A stretch of DNA of 62,022 nt from an uncultured Lentimicrobiaceae bacterium. GTDB lineage: Bacteria; Bacteroidota; Bacteroidia; Bacteroidales; DASVHX01. Under the pieces are notes generated by a model. The model was not told where the DNA came from, made no database searches, and saw nothing but the letters and a program-made list of their open reading frames with translations. The translations under genes were made by a program, and so were the position numbers. Below are positions 31,740-41,331 of the stretch, piece after piece; position 1 is the stretch's first letter, and each line of letters begins with the position of its first letter. The stretch covers positions 7,945-69,966 of the forward strand of contig CAZEDO010000002.1 in the NCBI GenBank assembly GCA_964511085.1, given 5' to 3'.

Positions 31740-32519
31740 TCAGAATTTTTCGAATACCCCTAATCCGAAAAGGGCAAAATCATATTTAACCGGATCTAAC
31801 GGGTCAAATATACGTAAAGCTTTTGTTAATTCGTTAACAGACTTCCAATCATTTTGCGAACGGGTGAGCAGCCCTAATTTTCGTGCCACCTGGCCGGAAT
31901 GTACATCCAGCGGGCAATAGAGCAGATGCGTGCCAATTCCTTTCCATATTCCAAAATCAACACCTCTTTTATCATTTCTTACCATCCAGCGCAAAAACAT
32001 GTTCAATCGTTTTGCAGCCGAGCCCGCACTTACATCGGCTAAATGCCTTCCCACATGCTGCGGATAAGGAATACTCAGGAAAACCTGCCTGAATTCTTTT
32101 AAGCCGTCCTTTGCATCACCTCCGGATAGCCCGATAGCCTGCGTGAAAATATTTTCCAGCCCTCCATGATTTCTATAAATATTTTGAAGAGATTTGATAA
32201 AGAAAACAACATCTTCACTACTAAAAGTACGATGAACAAAGGAAGAAAAACTTTTAAGATCAGATGGTGCAGCATCAGTAATAAAATTATAAGGACAATT
32301 ATCCATCAACAGCATTAACCTGCGTGCATTGCTGATTATTGTTTTACGCTGCCCCCAGGCTATTGTTGTTGTGAGAAAAGCAGAAATCTCAATATCCTCT
32401 TTCAGTTGAAACAAATGAGGGATAGAAATCGGATCACTTTCAATAAAATTGGTATTATTGTATTGGTCAGCCTTTGCCTCCAGGAAATCGAAGAGAAATT
32501 TATGGAATTGTACAGGCAT
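31740..32519 (-). CDS. TIGR02757 / DUF2400 family protein
   Basis: DPISIPH, AWGQRK, SAAKRLNMFLRWMVR, PLDVH, DPVKYDFALFG. Confidence 0.92.
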   Translation of the reverse strand: MPVQFHKFLFDFLEAKADQYNNTNFIESDPISIPHLFQLKEDIEISAFLTTTIAWGQRKTIISNARRLMLLMDNCPYNFITDAAPSDLKSFSSFVHRTFSSEDVVFFIKSLQNIYRNHGGLENIFTQAIGLSGGDAKDGLKEFRQVFLSIPYPQHVGRHLADVSAGSAAKRLNMFLRWMVRNDKRGVDFGIWKGIGTHLLYCPLDVHSGQVARKLGLLTRSQNDWKSVNELTKALRIFDPLDPVKYDFALFGLGVFEKF

Positions 32520-32628
32520 TCAGGGTTGGAAATACAGCCTTAACTGGATAGTAAGAGAGAATAATAAAAGAGGGTCAATTCAAGACCATTCACTACGTGA
32601 AATTTCCTGAAATACATATATGCCAATA

Positions 32629-33183
32629 CTAAGCAACCAGATGCACTGCCTGGATAAGATCCTTGCCACTCTCGATGGCTTTTTCATTTTCGGGGATCAT
32701 CATATGGTGCCTGGCCGGGAGTGATTTCTGGAGACCTTTATGAATATACTCGGGATCAACCAATGGTTTTAGCTTCAGAAAACCACCTAACACAATCATG
32801 TTAAATACCTTTGACAACCCAAGTTTCCCTGCAGCATCAGCAGCAGCAATGGAATAGATATTAATATCCTTACGTTCCGGATGGCGGGTAATTCCGTTAG
32901 GATCATAAATAAGTAACCCTCCCGGTTTCACTGAATTCTCGAACTTATCCATGCTCTGCTGATTCAGAATAATGGCCGTATCAAATACGTTTAATATTGG
33001 CGAATTGATGCGCTCGTCGCTGATGATTACAGTAACATTAGCAGTACCACCACGCATTTCGGGCCCATAGGATGGCATCCAACTAACTTCTTTATTTTGC
33101 ATTACGCCTGAATAAGCAAGTATTTTTCCCATGGAAAGTACTCCTTGTCCACCAAACCCGGCAATAATGATTTCTTCGGTCAT
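32629..33183 (-). CDS. 2-oxoacid:ferredoxin oxidoreductase gamma subunit
   Basis: AGFGGQGVL, PSYGPEMRGGTA. Confidence 0.95.
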   Translation of the reverse strand: MTEEIIIAGFGGQGVLSMGKILAYSGVMQNKEVSWMPSYGPEMRGGTANVTVIISDERINSPILNVFDTAIILNQQSMDKFENSVKPGGLLIYDPNGITRHPERKDINIYSIAAADAAGKLGLSKVFNMIVLGGFLKLKPLVDPEYIHKGLQKSLPARHHMMIPENEKAIESGKDLIQAVHLVA

Positions 33184-33257
33184 AACTCTGCAATTTGTAA
33201 TGTTAATATTTTTTTGACAAGTGAACCCGGAAACTTAATCGGTTCCTGTTCCTGTAG

Positions 33258-34034
33258 TTAATCAGCATTTACCTTTATGTCACCCAATGGGTAGAAAGGA
33301 AACATGTTATCAACCATCCATTCGTTGGATTTAAGTGGGGTCATTTTCCAGCCAGAATTGCAATTAGATACAATCTCGACAAATGAGAGGCCTTTGTTTA
33401 GTTTTTGATTTTCGAATGCCTTACGAATAGCTTTTTTTGCTTTGCGCACCGCAGATGGCGTATGCACTGCCTGCCTTGTAACAAACAGTGTTCCAGGCAA
33501 GGTAGCTACAAGTTCGGTAATTCTCAGTGGATTTCCCATGGTTGCAACATCTCGTCCGTACGGCGAAGTGGACGATTTCATACCAGGAAGTGTAGTTGGG
33601 GCCATTTGCCCGCCTGTCATTCCATAGATACCGTTATTGATAAATATTATAACTATATTTTCGCCACGGTTGCATGCATGGATGGTTTCAGCAGTACCTA
33701 TAGCGGCAAGGTCGCCATCACCCTGGTAGGTGAATACAAACTTATCCGGCATCAGCCTTTTAACTGCTGTTGCCAGAGCCGGTGCCCGCCCGTGCGCTGC
33801 CTGCTGCATATCTATATTCATGAATTCGTAAGCAAGTACTGAGCAACCAACAGGGGCAATACCAATGGTTTGAGACTGGATATCCATTTCTTCGAGCACT
33901 TCCATCAGAATACGGTGTGCTGTTCCATGCCCGCATCCCGGGCAATAACTCAACGCTTTATCTGTGAGCAGGCTGGTACGCTTATAAACCAGGTTTTCGG
34001 GCTGGCGAATTTCTTCTTTTGTTATTTCTGCCAT
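33258..34034 (-). CDS. 2-oxoacid:ferredoxin oxidoreductase beta (TPP-binding) subunit
   Basis: YCPGCGHG, HGRA, QGDGD, NNGIYGMTGGQ. Confidence 0.95.
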   Translation of the reverse strand: MAEITKEEIRQPENLVYKRTSLLTDKALSYCPGCGHGTAHRILMEVLEEMDIQSQTIGIAPVGCSVLAYEFMNIDMQQAAHGRAPALATAVKRLMPDKFVFTYQGDGDLAAIGTAETIHACNRGENIVIIFINNGIYGMTGGQMAPTTLPGMKSSTSPYGRDVATMGNPLRITELVATLPGTLFVTRQAVHTPSAVRKAKKAIRKAFENQKLNKGLSFVEIVSNCNSGWKMTPLKSNEWMVDNMFPFYPLGDIKVNAD

Positions 34035-34036
34035 AA

Positions 34037-35122
34037 TTATTTTCCTCCGATAATAAGTTTTTCCAATGCTGATACAACTTCACCTGGCGTATGAATAATC
34101 CCGCCCATACGGCCATAGTGTTCTATTTTAACACACCCTTCAACTGCCAGGCGAACATCCTCCACCATCTGCCCGGCACTCAATTCAACCACCAGGATAC
34201 CTTTAATTTTTGACGCAATGGCAGCTATAGGTTTTTTTGGAAAAGGAAACAAGGTGATTGGCCTGAGTAACCCAACTTTAATTCCTTTGGCCCTTGCCAG
34301 TTGAATTGACTTGAGGCAAATACGAGCACTGGTGCCGTAGGCTATAAAAATGTAATCTGCATCATCGCAATTGACTTCTTCGTAACGCACCTCATTTTCT
34401 TCCATGAGGCGGTATTTTTTCTGAAGCTCAACATTGTGCTGCTCCATTTTATATGAGTCAAGATCGAGGGATGTGATGATATTACGCTCACGGTCTGGTG
34501 TTTTACCTGTTGTAGCCCATGGGGTATTCTTTTTAATTTCTTCGTCGGTAAAACGCGGCTTTTGTTCATTGAGCTCAACTTTTTCCATCATCTGACCAAT
34601 GGCTCCATCAGAAAGCATAAGCACCGGGTTACGGTATTTAAAAGCCAGGTCGAATCCTAATGTCACAAAGTCCGACATTTCCTGCACTGAAGAAGGAGCA
34701 AGAACCAGCATGCGGTAATCGCCATGTCCACCTCCTTTGGTTGACTGGAAATAATCTGCCTGAGCAGGTTGTATAGTTCCCAATCCTGGTCCACCTCGGG
34801 ATACATTCACAATAAGGCAGGGCAATTCTGAACCGGCAAGGTATGAAATTCCTTCTTGCTTAAGGCTAAAACCCGGGCTGGATGAGGAAGTCATAACACG
34901 CTTTCCGCAGGAAGCACCACCATAAACCATATTGATAGCTGCTATTTCACTTTCGGCCTGAAGCACAATCATACCAGTGCGATCCTGTGGTTTCTCGGCC
35001 ATCAGGTATTCCATAATTTCCGATTGAGGGGTAATCGGATACCCGAAATAACCATCGGCACCTGCGCGGATAGCCGCTTCGGCAATGGCCTCATTTCCTT
35101 TCATTAATCGTAATTCCTTCAT
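34037..35122 (-). CDS. 2-oxoacid:ferredoxin oxidoreductase alpha subunit (VorB-like, 3-methyl-2-oxobutanoate type)
   Basis: KGNEAIAEAA, GYPITPQSE, TSSSSPG, RGGPGLG, GGGHGDY. Confidence 0.93.
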   Translation of the reverse strand: MKELRLMKGNEAIAEAAIRAGADGYFGYPITPQSEIMEYLMAEKPQDRTGMIVLQAESEIAAINMVYGGASCGKRVMTSSSSPGFSLKQEGISYLAGSELPCLIVNVSRGGPGLGTIQPAQADYFQSTKGGGHGDYRMLVLAPSSVQEMSDFVTLGFDLAFKYRNPVLMLSDGAIGQMMEKVELNEQKPRFTDEEIKKNTPWATTGKTPDRERNIITSLDLDSYKMEQHNVELQKKYRLMEENEVRYEEVNCDDADYIFIAYGTSARICLKSIQLARAKGIKVGLLRPITLFPFPKKPIAAIASKIKGILVVELSAGQMVEDVRLAVEGCVKIEHYGRMGGIIHTPGEVVSALEKLIIGGK

Positions 35123-35133
35123 TATTGAAATTT

Positions 35134-35367
35134 TTACGCGGTTACTTCTACTTTTTTACGATATACTGTTATCACACCGTCAGGGCATACAATGGCGCAG
35201 TTGGTGCAACCAGTGCAGTTTTCATTCACGGTTTCGAGGTAACGGTAACCTTTCCTGTTCACGTTTTTCGACAGCGCGATCACTTCCTCGGGACATGTAG
35301 GTATGCATACTTCGCATCCTTTGCACTTCTCGGTATCAATCACTATGCTGCCCTTCATTTTAGCCAT
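35134..35367 (-). CDS. 2[4Fe-4S] ferredoxin (oxidoreductase delta subunit)
   Basis: CKGCEVCIPTCP and CTGCTNCAIVCP. Confidence 0.95.
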   Translation of the reverse strand: MAKMKGSIVIDTEKCKGCEVCIPTCPEEVIALSKNVNRKGYRYLETVNENCTGCTNCAIVCPDGVITVYRKKVEVTA

Positions 35368-35534
35368 ATCTTCTGGTATTTTGCGGATTGTTAATGAGGG
35401 CGAAATTAGATAATATTAATGGATATAAACGGTAATGTTCTAATTGAAATATTGAGCTTAAACACAATTTATATTTAGTTTAAATTGGCTTAATTTTGAA
35501 CTATAGCAGGCTAGCAGCATCACAAAACCAAATA

Positions 35535-36869
35535 CTATGCAACCGGATGATGCTCACGAAATTTCTTCAGCCTGAATTCCAGATCAGGAAACTGAGAACG
35601 CTTTACCAGCGAAACACATGCCCGCAGACCTTCTAAGCGTTTACTTCCTGTTATAGCAAGCGAAATGGCACTTATTCCATAGTAAATAAATTCCTCAATC
35701 AATTTTTCGCCTGTAAATCCCGGATACGATATCGTGAAATAAAAACCATCAGCAACAGGCTTGTCAATATCCTTGTCATACACAATCAGGAAGCCATTGT
35801 CAGTGAAAAGTTTTTTCATGATATGAGCCTTTTCGCCGTATTCCTTTACTTCTTCCACAAAGTTAAACCGGCCTTCGTTGGCAGCTTTCAGCATGGCTGC
35901 AAGTCCGTATTGAGCAGAATGTGATGTGCCAGAACTAAGTGAATATACGGTTCCAAAAATCATGGCACGACCAAAAATATCACTGTTGTAGTAGCGCAAA
36001 AGATCAGGTGCTTTTACAGCAAACAATTTGTCGGATATTACCATCATCCCGATTCGCTGCCCGGCATAACTGAATACCTTGGAGCTGGAAATGAACAAGA
36101 TATAGTTGTCGGTATATTTAGCCACGGTAGGCTGGTAAGGAGGCTCTCCTGGTTTGGAATAATCCTTCCGGAAGTCCATGCCAAAATATGCCAGGTCTTC
36201 GAGGATAATAATGTTGTACTTATTTGCCAGATCACCTATTATCTGCAGCTCTTCATCCGTAAAACAAATCCATGATGGGTTGTTAGGATTGGAATACAAT
36301 ACGGAGTGAATATTTCCTTTTTCGAAATATGATTCAAGCTTTTCGCGAAGCTTTTCGCCACGAAACTCATACACATCAAAGCTTTCATACTTTTGACCAA
36401 GCACATTATGCTGCAGTTTATGAACAGGGAAACCGGGATCGATAAACAATGTGGTGTCGCGCTCCTTGTACATCCTAGCCAACGTCACAAAAGCAGCAAA
36501 ACCACCCTGCATAGAACCTACAGTAGGGATGCAGCATTCTGGATTCACATCGATATTGAGAAAGTTTTTAACGAAGAGCGAAATCTCGCTTTTAAGAATT
36601 GGAACACCATCGATATCAGGATAAATTGCTGCAACACCCTTGCGGAGTGCTTCTATTTCGCCTTCAACGCCAATACTGGAAGGAGGAAGGCCGGGAACTC
36701 CCATTTCCATACGGATAAATTTCTTTTCGGTTGCACGCTCGATGGTGTCAATCAATTTTTTTATTTCACGGATAGAAGCCTTTCCAACACTTGGCAGCTT
36801 CATTTCTGCGATCTTTTGATTGACAATCTCAAAATCGATTGGTAAGTCTTTGATAATTTCGGGGCTCAT
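35535..36869 (-). CDS. PLP-dependent class I/II aminotransferase
   Basis: YSNPNNP, LEDLAY, SSSKVFSYAGQRIG. Confidence 0.92.
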   Translation of the reverse strand: MSPEIIKDLPIDFEIVNQKIAEMKLPSVGKASIREIKKLIDTIERATEKKFIRMEMGVPGLPPSSIGVEGEIEALRKGVAAIYPDIDGVPILKSEISLFVKNFLNIDVNPECCIPTVGSMQGGFAAFVTLARMYKERDTTLFIDPGFPVHKLQHNVLGQKYESFDVYEFRGEKLREKLESYFEKGNIHSVLYSNPNNPSWICFTDEELQIIGDLANKYNIIILEDLAYFGMDFRKDYSKPGEPPYQPTVAKYTDNYILFISSSKVFSYAGQRIGMMVISDKLFAVKAPDLLRYYNSDIFGRAMIFGTVYSLSSGTSHSAQYGLAAMLKAANEGRFNFVEEVKEYGEKAHIMKKLFTDNGFLIVYDKDIDKPVADGFYFTISYPGFTGEKLIEEFIYYGISAISLAITGSKRLEGLRACVSLVKRSQFPDLEFRLKKFREHHPVA

Positions 36870-36993
36870 ATAACTATAATAGATTGGTTTTCAGACAACT
36901 ATCGTATTGTTTAAAATGTGCAAATCATACGGCAATTTAGAAATTTACCAAACGAAAATAATAGTTCAGAAAAAAAATATTTCTGTTTTATTT

Positions 36994-37701
36994 TCAGGAA
37001 GACAGAGTAGCTTTTCTCCCCATCTGACTGGCTACGGAAAGTACAACCCCAAGCATCAGCCCAAGTAATGCGGCAAAGAGCACATGGTATTCCGGGGGCA
37101 GCAGGAACGTGATAGTATGCACAGGAATCCAGAAATAAGGTATCGTTTTCCGAAAGACAAAGTTCCATTGTACATCCCAGTTCATATCGATTATTATTTT
37201 ATGGATTGGGATAGGAGAAAAGAGTCCTCCTAAAGTGCCACCAGTTTGAAGGATATGTGTATCTGTTATTTTATGAAATGTCATCATCATCGGGCCGAAT
37301 GTGAGATTCATAGCAACGCTGATACAAAATGCAACCATGACTTTTGCCCAGCTTAAATCACTTTTTATTATAGCGGTTGCCCCATCCATGCTAAGATATT
37401 CAAGGAATACTGGCGTTCCGCTCGCAAAAATGGTAAAAGCTCCCTTAATGACAAGGCCAAGAAAACCCCATACGATTGCCCTTGGAAGAATACCAAATCC
37501 TTGAAAAGAGTAAACCCCTGTCTTTATTCGTAATCCCAGCATCTCTCCTAAAGTAGCCAAAACAGCGAATTTAACAAAACTCATCACCATGCCATGGCTG
37601 CGGTTGAATTGCTCGTAAATTGCAAAAGCATCAGCTGAAAATATGAATGGCACGAAAAGCGCTGCAAGGAACAGGAGAAAAAACAGATCATACTTCTTCA
37701 T
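36994..37701 (-). CDS. Mpv17/PMP22-like membrane protein
   Basis: Multi-TM; KFAVLATLGE, FWIPVHTITFLLP.EY.VL; ATG at 37701. Confidence 0.75.
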   Translation of the reverse strand: MKKYDLFFLLFLAALFVPFIFSADAFAIYEQFNRSHGMVMSFVKFAVLATLGEMLGLRIKTGVYSFQGFGILPRAIVWGFLGLVIKGAFTIFASGTPVFLEYLSMDGATAIIKSDLSWAKVMVAFCISVAMNLTFGPMMMTFHKITDTHILQTGGTLGGLFSPIPIHKIIIDMNWDVQWNFVFRKTIPYFWIPVHTITFLLPPEYHVLFAALLGLMLGVVLSVASQMGRKATLSS

Positions 37702-37871
37702 AAAAAAACGCAACGGATTAGCAGCCAAAAGTAGAATAATTATAGATATTTTAAAATATCCGGAGGGAATCCTTAAGCAACTGCCAACTGTTGGTAATTA
37801 ATAATCCCCCGAAAGAGTTACGGATACTAACAGGGCAAGGAAAACATTCATAAAATCACTCGCAAAAAAGA

Positions 37872-38813
37872 CTACTTTTTAAGTAAAAATGTTGCCGGCA
37901 TATAAAATCTTTTTCTCCAGGCTTTTTCAGAATGCTCGTCTCCTGGAAATTCCCTTGTAATCCAGTTTTTGGTTGAATAACCTTTGGCTACCATAATTTT
38001 ATCAACCTCTATCTGATAGGGTTTATACAAGGAATCCAGCGTTTCTGACCCATAATCAAAATAGAATTTATGCGTTTTGGGTGATGGTAATTTATTTTTA
38101 AGGTAATTGAAGAATGCAGCAGGAACAGGATTGTTTTCAACCCTGAATATACCAGGCCAATGCGTGGATAAACAAGCGGCCCCTCCAAATACTCCCGGAT
38201 ATTCGCAAATGGCATACATTGAGATTAGGCCACCCATGCTCGAACCGGAAATAAATGTATTAGCCCGATCAGTCAACGTGGAAAAACTACTGTCGATAAA
38301 GGGCTTCACTTCCTGAACCAAAAATTTCAGGTAATTGTCTGATTGGATTATTTTTTTTGAAAAAACGGGTTGCTTATCAGTACTGCCCAATTTATTTCTG
38401 GCAGCATTAAAAATGGTGTCCTGTTCAGCCCTGGAAAGAGATTCAAACGGTTTTTGAGGAAAATAATCACTATGCCTGACTCTGCTGTTCCAAATACCAA
38501 CCACAATGCAGTTGCGGATTTTGCCTTCGGATATAAGTTTCTCCATGGTTTCATCAACTGCCCATTCCTGGTGATTCCAGTTTATAGTAGAATCAAACAG
38601 CATCTGTCCGTCCTGCATATACAAGACAGCGTATTTCTTTTTCACATTATAACCATCTGGCAACCAAACATCCAAAGTTCGGGCATCAACAAATTTGGAA
38701 GGAAATTTCTCGAAACTTTTGATTGAACCTGAAGTTACATGAGTCATTTGAGCGATTGCTGGTAAGGCGAATAGTGTTAATAAAGCAGCTTTCAATAGCT
38801 TTAAATGATTCAT
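37872..38813 (-). CDS. Secreted alpha/beta-hydrolase esterase (IroE/Fes-like)
   Basis: VWLP..Y, VLYMQDGQMLFD, GSSMGG, H.E.AW. Confidence 0.9.
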   Translation of the reverse strand: MNHLKLLKAALLTLFALPAIAQMTHVTSGSIKSFEKFPSKFVDARTLDVWLPDGYNVKKKYAVLYMQDGQMLFDSTINWNHQEWAVDETMEKLISEGKIRNCIVVGIWNSRVRHSDYFPQKPFESLSRAEQDTIFNAARNKLGSTDKQPVFSKKIIQSDNYLKFLVQEVKPFIDSSFSTLTDRANTFISGSSMGGLISMYAICEYPGVFGGAACLSTHWPGIFRVENNPVPAAFFNYLKNKLPSPKTHKFYFDYGSETLDSLYKPYQIEVDKIMVAKGYSTKNWITREFPGDEHSEKAWRKRFYMPATFLLKK

Positions 38814-38940
38814 TGTTAATGATTTCTTTTAAAAAACAAGGATGTCAGCAAAATCTGACAGTAAATATACAAGTTAATCCGGAATAGGAAATCGGAAGGA
38901 ACGATTTGATTATGTACCAGCAAAAGTGTGAATAGTTAAA

Positions 38941-38978
38941 AAAATACCCTGGCAGTGTGTTAAAAACTGTCAGGGTTA
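38941..38978 (-). terminator. Terminator downstream of sucC
   Basis: accctggcag / ctgtcagggt stem with an adjacent A-run. Confidence 0.7.
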
Positions 38979-39017
38979 TAAATATACAAACCAAAAAGCG
39001 CTAAAAGAATTGCTGTT

Positions 39018-40211
39018 TTATTTGGACAGAACTGTTGTCACCAGAGCGGCTGCTTCATGAAGCATGGTTGCTGAATATACCTGCAGGCCAGAGTTGCTTA
39101 TCAGTTCTTTGGCTTCGGCAGCATTTGTTCCTTGTAGCCGAACAATTATCGGCACAGGAATATCACCGATGTTGCGGTAAGCGTCTACAATACCCTGGGC
39201 TACACGGTCGCAGCGGACAATACCTCCAAAAATATTTACGAGAATAACCTTAACATTCGGATCCTTCAGGATGATACGGAATCCTTGTTCAACACGTTCG
39301 GCATTTGCAGTACCACCCACATCAAGGAAGTTGGCAGGTTCGCCACCCGAAAGTTTTATGATGTCCATAGTAGCCATTGCCAGGCCGGCGCCATTCACCA
39401 TACAACCAACATTACCATCTAATTTGACATAATTCAGGTGAAATTCCCCGGCTTCCACTTCGGCAGGATCTTCCTCATTGGTGTCGCGCATGGCGGCATA
39501 ATCAGGATGCCGGAATAAGGCATTGTCATCTAAATTCATTTTACAATCGGCAGCAAGTATCTGGTTGTCGCTGGTTTTAACAACCGGGTTTATTTCAAGC
39601 AAAGTCGCATCAATTCCCATGTAAACCTCATAAAGGGCCTTCACGAATTTCTGCATTTCTATATGGGCTTTACCGGAAAGCTTCAGGTTATATGCAATTT
39701 TCCGGCATTGGAAAGGACGAAGGCCGACCGATGGTTCAATAACTTCTGTAAATATCAGTTCTGGTGTATGTTCAGCAACATGTTCAATATCCATGCCTCC
39801 TTCTGTGGAATACATGAACATCACTTTGCTTAATTTTCTGTTTAGCAGCAGGCTGATGTAAAATTCCTTTACTTCGCTTTCGCCGGAATAATAAATATTC
39901 TGCTCCACAAGTACCTTACGGACGAGCTTTCCTTTAGCGCTAGTTTGAGGCGTAACAAGCATCATACCAAGTATTTGTCCCGCCTTTTCTTTCACTTCAT
40001 CCAAAGATTTAACAATCTTAACTCCACCGCCTTTTCCGCGGCCACCAGCATGGATCTGAGCCTTTACGGCCCATTTTTCGGATTGCGTATGCAATTGAAC
40101 TTCTTCAGCGGCAGCAACGGCATTCTCTGACGTATCAGCTATAACACCCATTGGCACAGGCACGCCATAGCTTTTTAATATCTGCTTTGCCTGGTATTCA
40201 TGTAAATTCAT
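39018..40211 (-). CDS. sucC: Succinate--CoA ligase beta subunit
   Basis: MNLHEYQAK, KAQIHAGGRGKGGG, NGAGLAMATMD, NIFGGIVRCD. Confidence 0.97.
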   Translation of the reverse strand: MNLHEYQAKQILKSYGVPVPMGVIADTSENAVAAAEEVQLHTQSEKWAVKAQIHAGGRGKGGGVKIVKSLDEVKEKAGQILGMMLVTPQTSAKGKLVRKVLVEQNIYYSGESEVKEFYISLLLNRKLSKVMFMYSTEGGMDIEHVAEHTPELIFTEVIEPSVGLRPFQCRKIAYNLKLSGKAHIEMQKFVKALYEVYMGIDATLLEINPVVKTSDNQILAADCKMNLDDNALFRHPDYAAMRDTNEEDPAEVEAGEFHLNYVKLDGNVGCMVNGAGLAMATMDIIKLSGGEPANFLDVGGTANAERVEQGFRIILKDPNVKVILVNIFGGIVRCDRVAQGIVDAYRNIGDIPVPIIVRLQGTNAAEAKELISNSGLQVYSATMLHEAAALVTTVLSK

Positions 40212-40408
40212 AAAACGAATATTTTTTACGGCTCAAAAGTAGATGATTTCACCAGATGACAAAGCATAAACAGAACATAATCACAAAATTAAATGTTAGT
40301 TGTCATTCCCACTGGTTTCATAACCTGTTGCTCATTTTGAATTTTATAATGGTAACTGATTGATAATTTGTAATTTTGGCCTTGAGTTCGATGCCTGATG
40401 ACAGAAGG

Positions 40409-40492
40409 CTTCAACTCCGTTCAGCCTGACAGAGTTGTTAAAGCAGTTTAGATTAACCAATACAACTTGTCACATTGATCGTAGTCGAAATG
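40409..40492. repeat. REP-like doublet (CTTCGACnnnGCTCAG family)
   Basis: cttcaactccgttcagcctgaca ... tgtcacattgatcgtagtcgaaatg; related copies at 47167-47190 and 54361-54381. Confidence 0.65.
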
Positions 40493-40562
40493 CTGCTCAA
40501 TCTCATCTGATTTTGAGCGCTGTTATTTTATATTAAATAGCAAGTAACCAATGAATTACTAA

Positions 40563-41216
40563 ATGATTAAAGCTCAAAACATCCATAAATCTTATGGCAA
40601 CCTTGAAGTACTCAAAGGAATTGATCTTCAGATTAGCGAAGGTGAAATCATTTCCCTCGTTGGTGCTTCGGGGGCTGGCAAATCAACATTGCTGCATATC
40701 CTTGGAACATTGGATAAGCCTTCCTCTGGTACTATGCAGATTGACATGACCGATACACTTGCGCTGAACGACCGCGCTTTATCCGATTTTCGCAACCGGA
40801 AGATAGGTTTTGTTTTTCAGTTTCATCACCTTCTTCCTGAATTTACGGCTCTCGAGAATGTTTGTATCCCTGCGTATATTGCTAAGAAGTCCCGTAAAGA
40901 AGCCGAAGCCCGGGCACGTGAACTCCTGAATTTCCTGCAAATGGGGCATCGGCTTGAGCATAAGCCATCGCAGCTTTCTGGTGGCGAACAACAAAGGCTG
41001 GCTGTTGCAAGGGCATTGATGAATTATCCACTTGTTGTGCTGGCTGACGAACCTTCGGGCAATCTCGATTCGGCAAACGCGAAAGAACTTCATCAGCTTT
41101 TCTTCGATCTGCGCGATAAATTCAACCAGACATTTGTAATAGCAACGCACAACGAAGAACTTGCAACTATGGCCGATCGCCGGCTTATTATGCGCGACGG
41201 AATAATAATTCAATAA
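40563..41216 (+). CDS. lolD: LolD-like ABC transporter ATP-binding protein
   Basis: [44 protein letters not shown]. Confidence 0.85.
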   Translation: MIKAQNIHKSYGNLEVLKGIDLQISEGEIISLVGASGAGKSTLLHILGTLDKPSSGTMQIDMTDTLALNDRALSDFRNRKIGFVFQFHHLLPEFTALENVCIPAYIAKKSRKEAEARARELLNFLQMGHRLEHKPSQLSGGEQQRLAVARALMNYPLVVLADEPSGNLDSANAKELHQLFFDLRDKFNQTFVIATHNEELATMADRRLIMRDGIIIQ

Positions 41217-41331
41217 CAAACAGGCCAACTCTCTTTTCAAATAAAACACAACATCGTCCGTTATCCTTTAATAAACATTGATAAATCAATGCTGTTATAG
41301 AATTCCATTAACTAAGACTCTTGAAAAAATT

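Noticed and set aside
39018-40211. sucC without adjacent sucD as an anomaly
   Set aside because: Separate sucC and sucD loci are common in Bacteroidota
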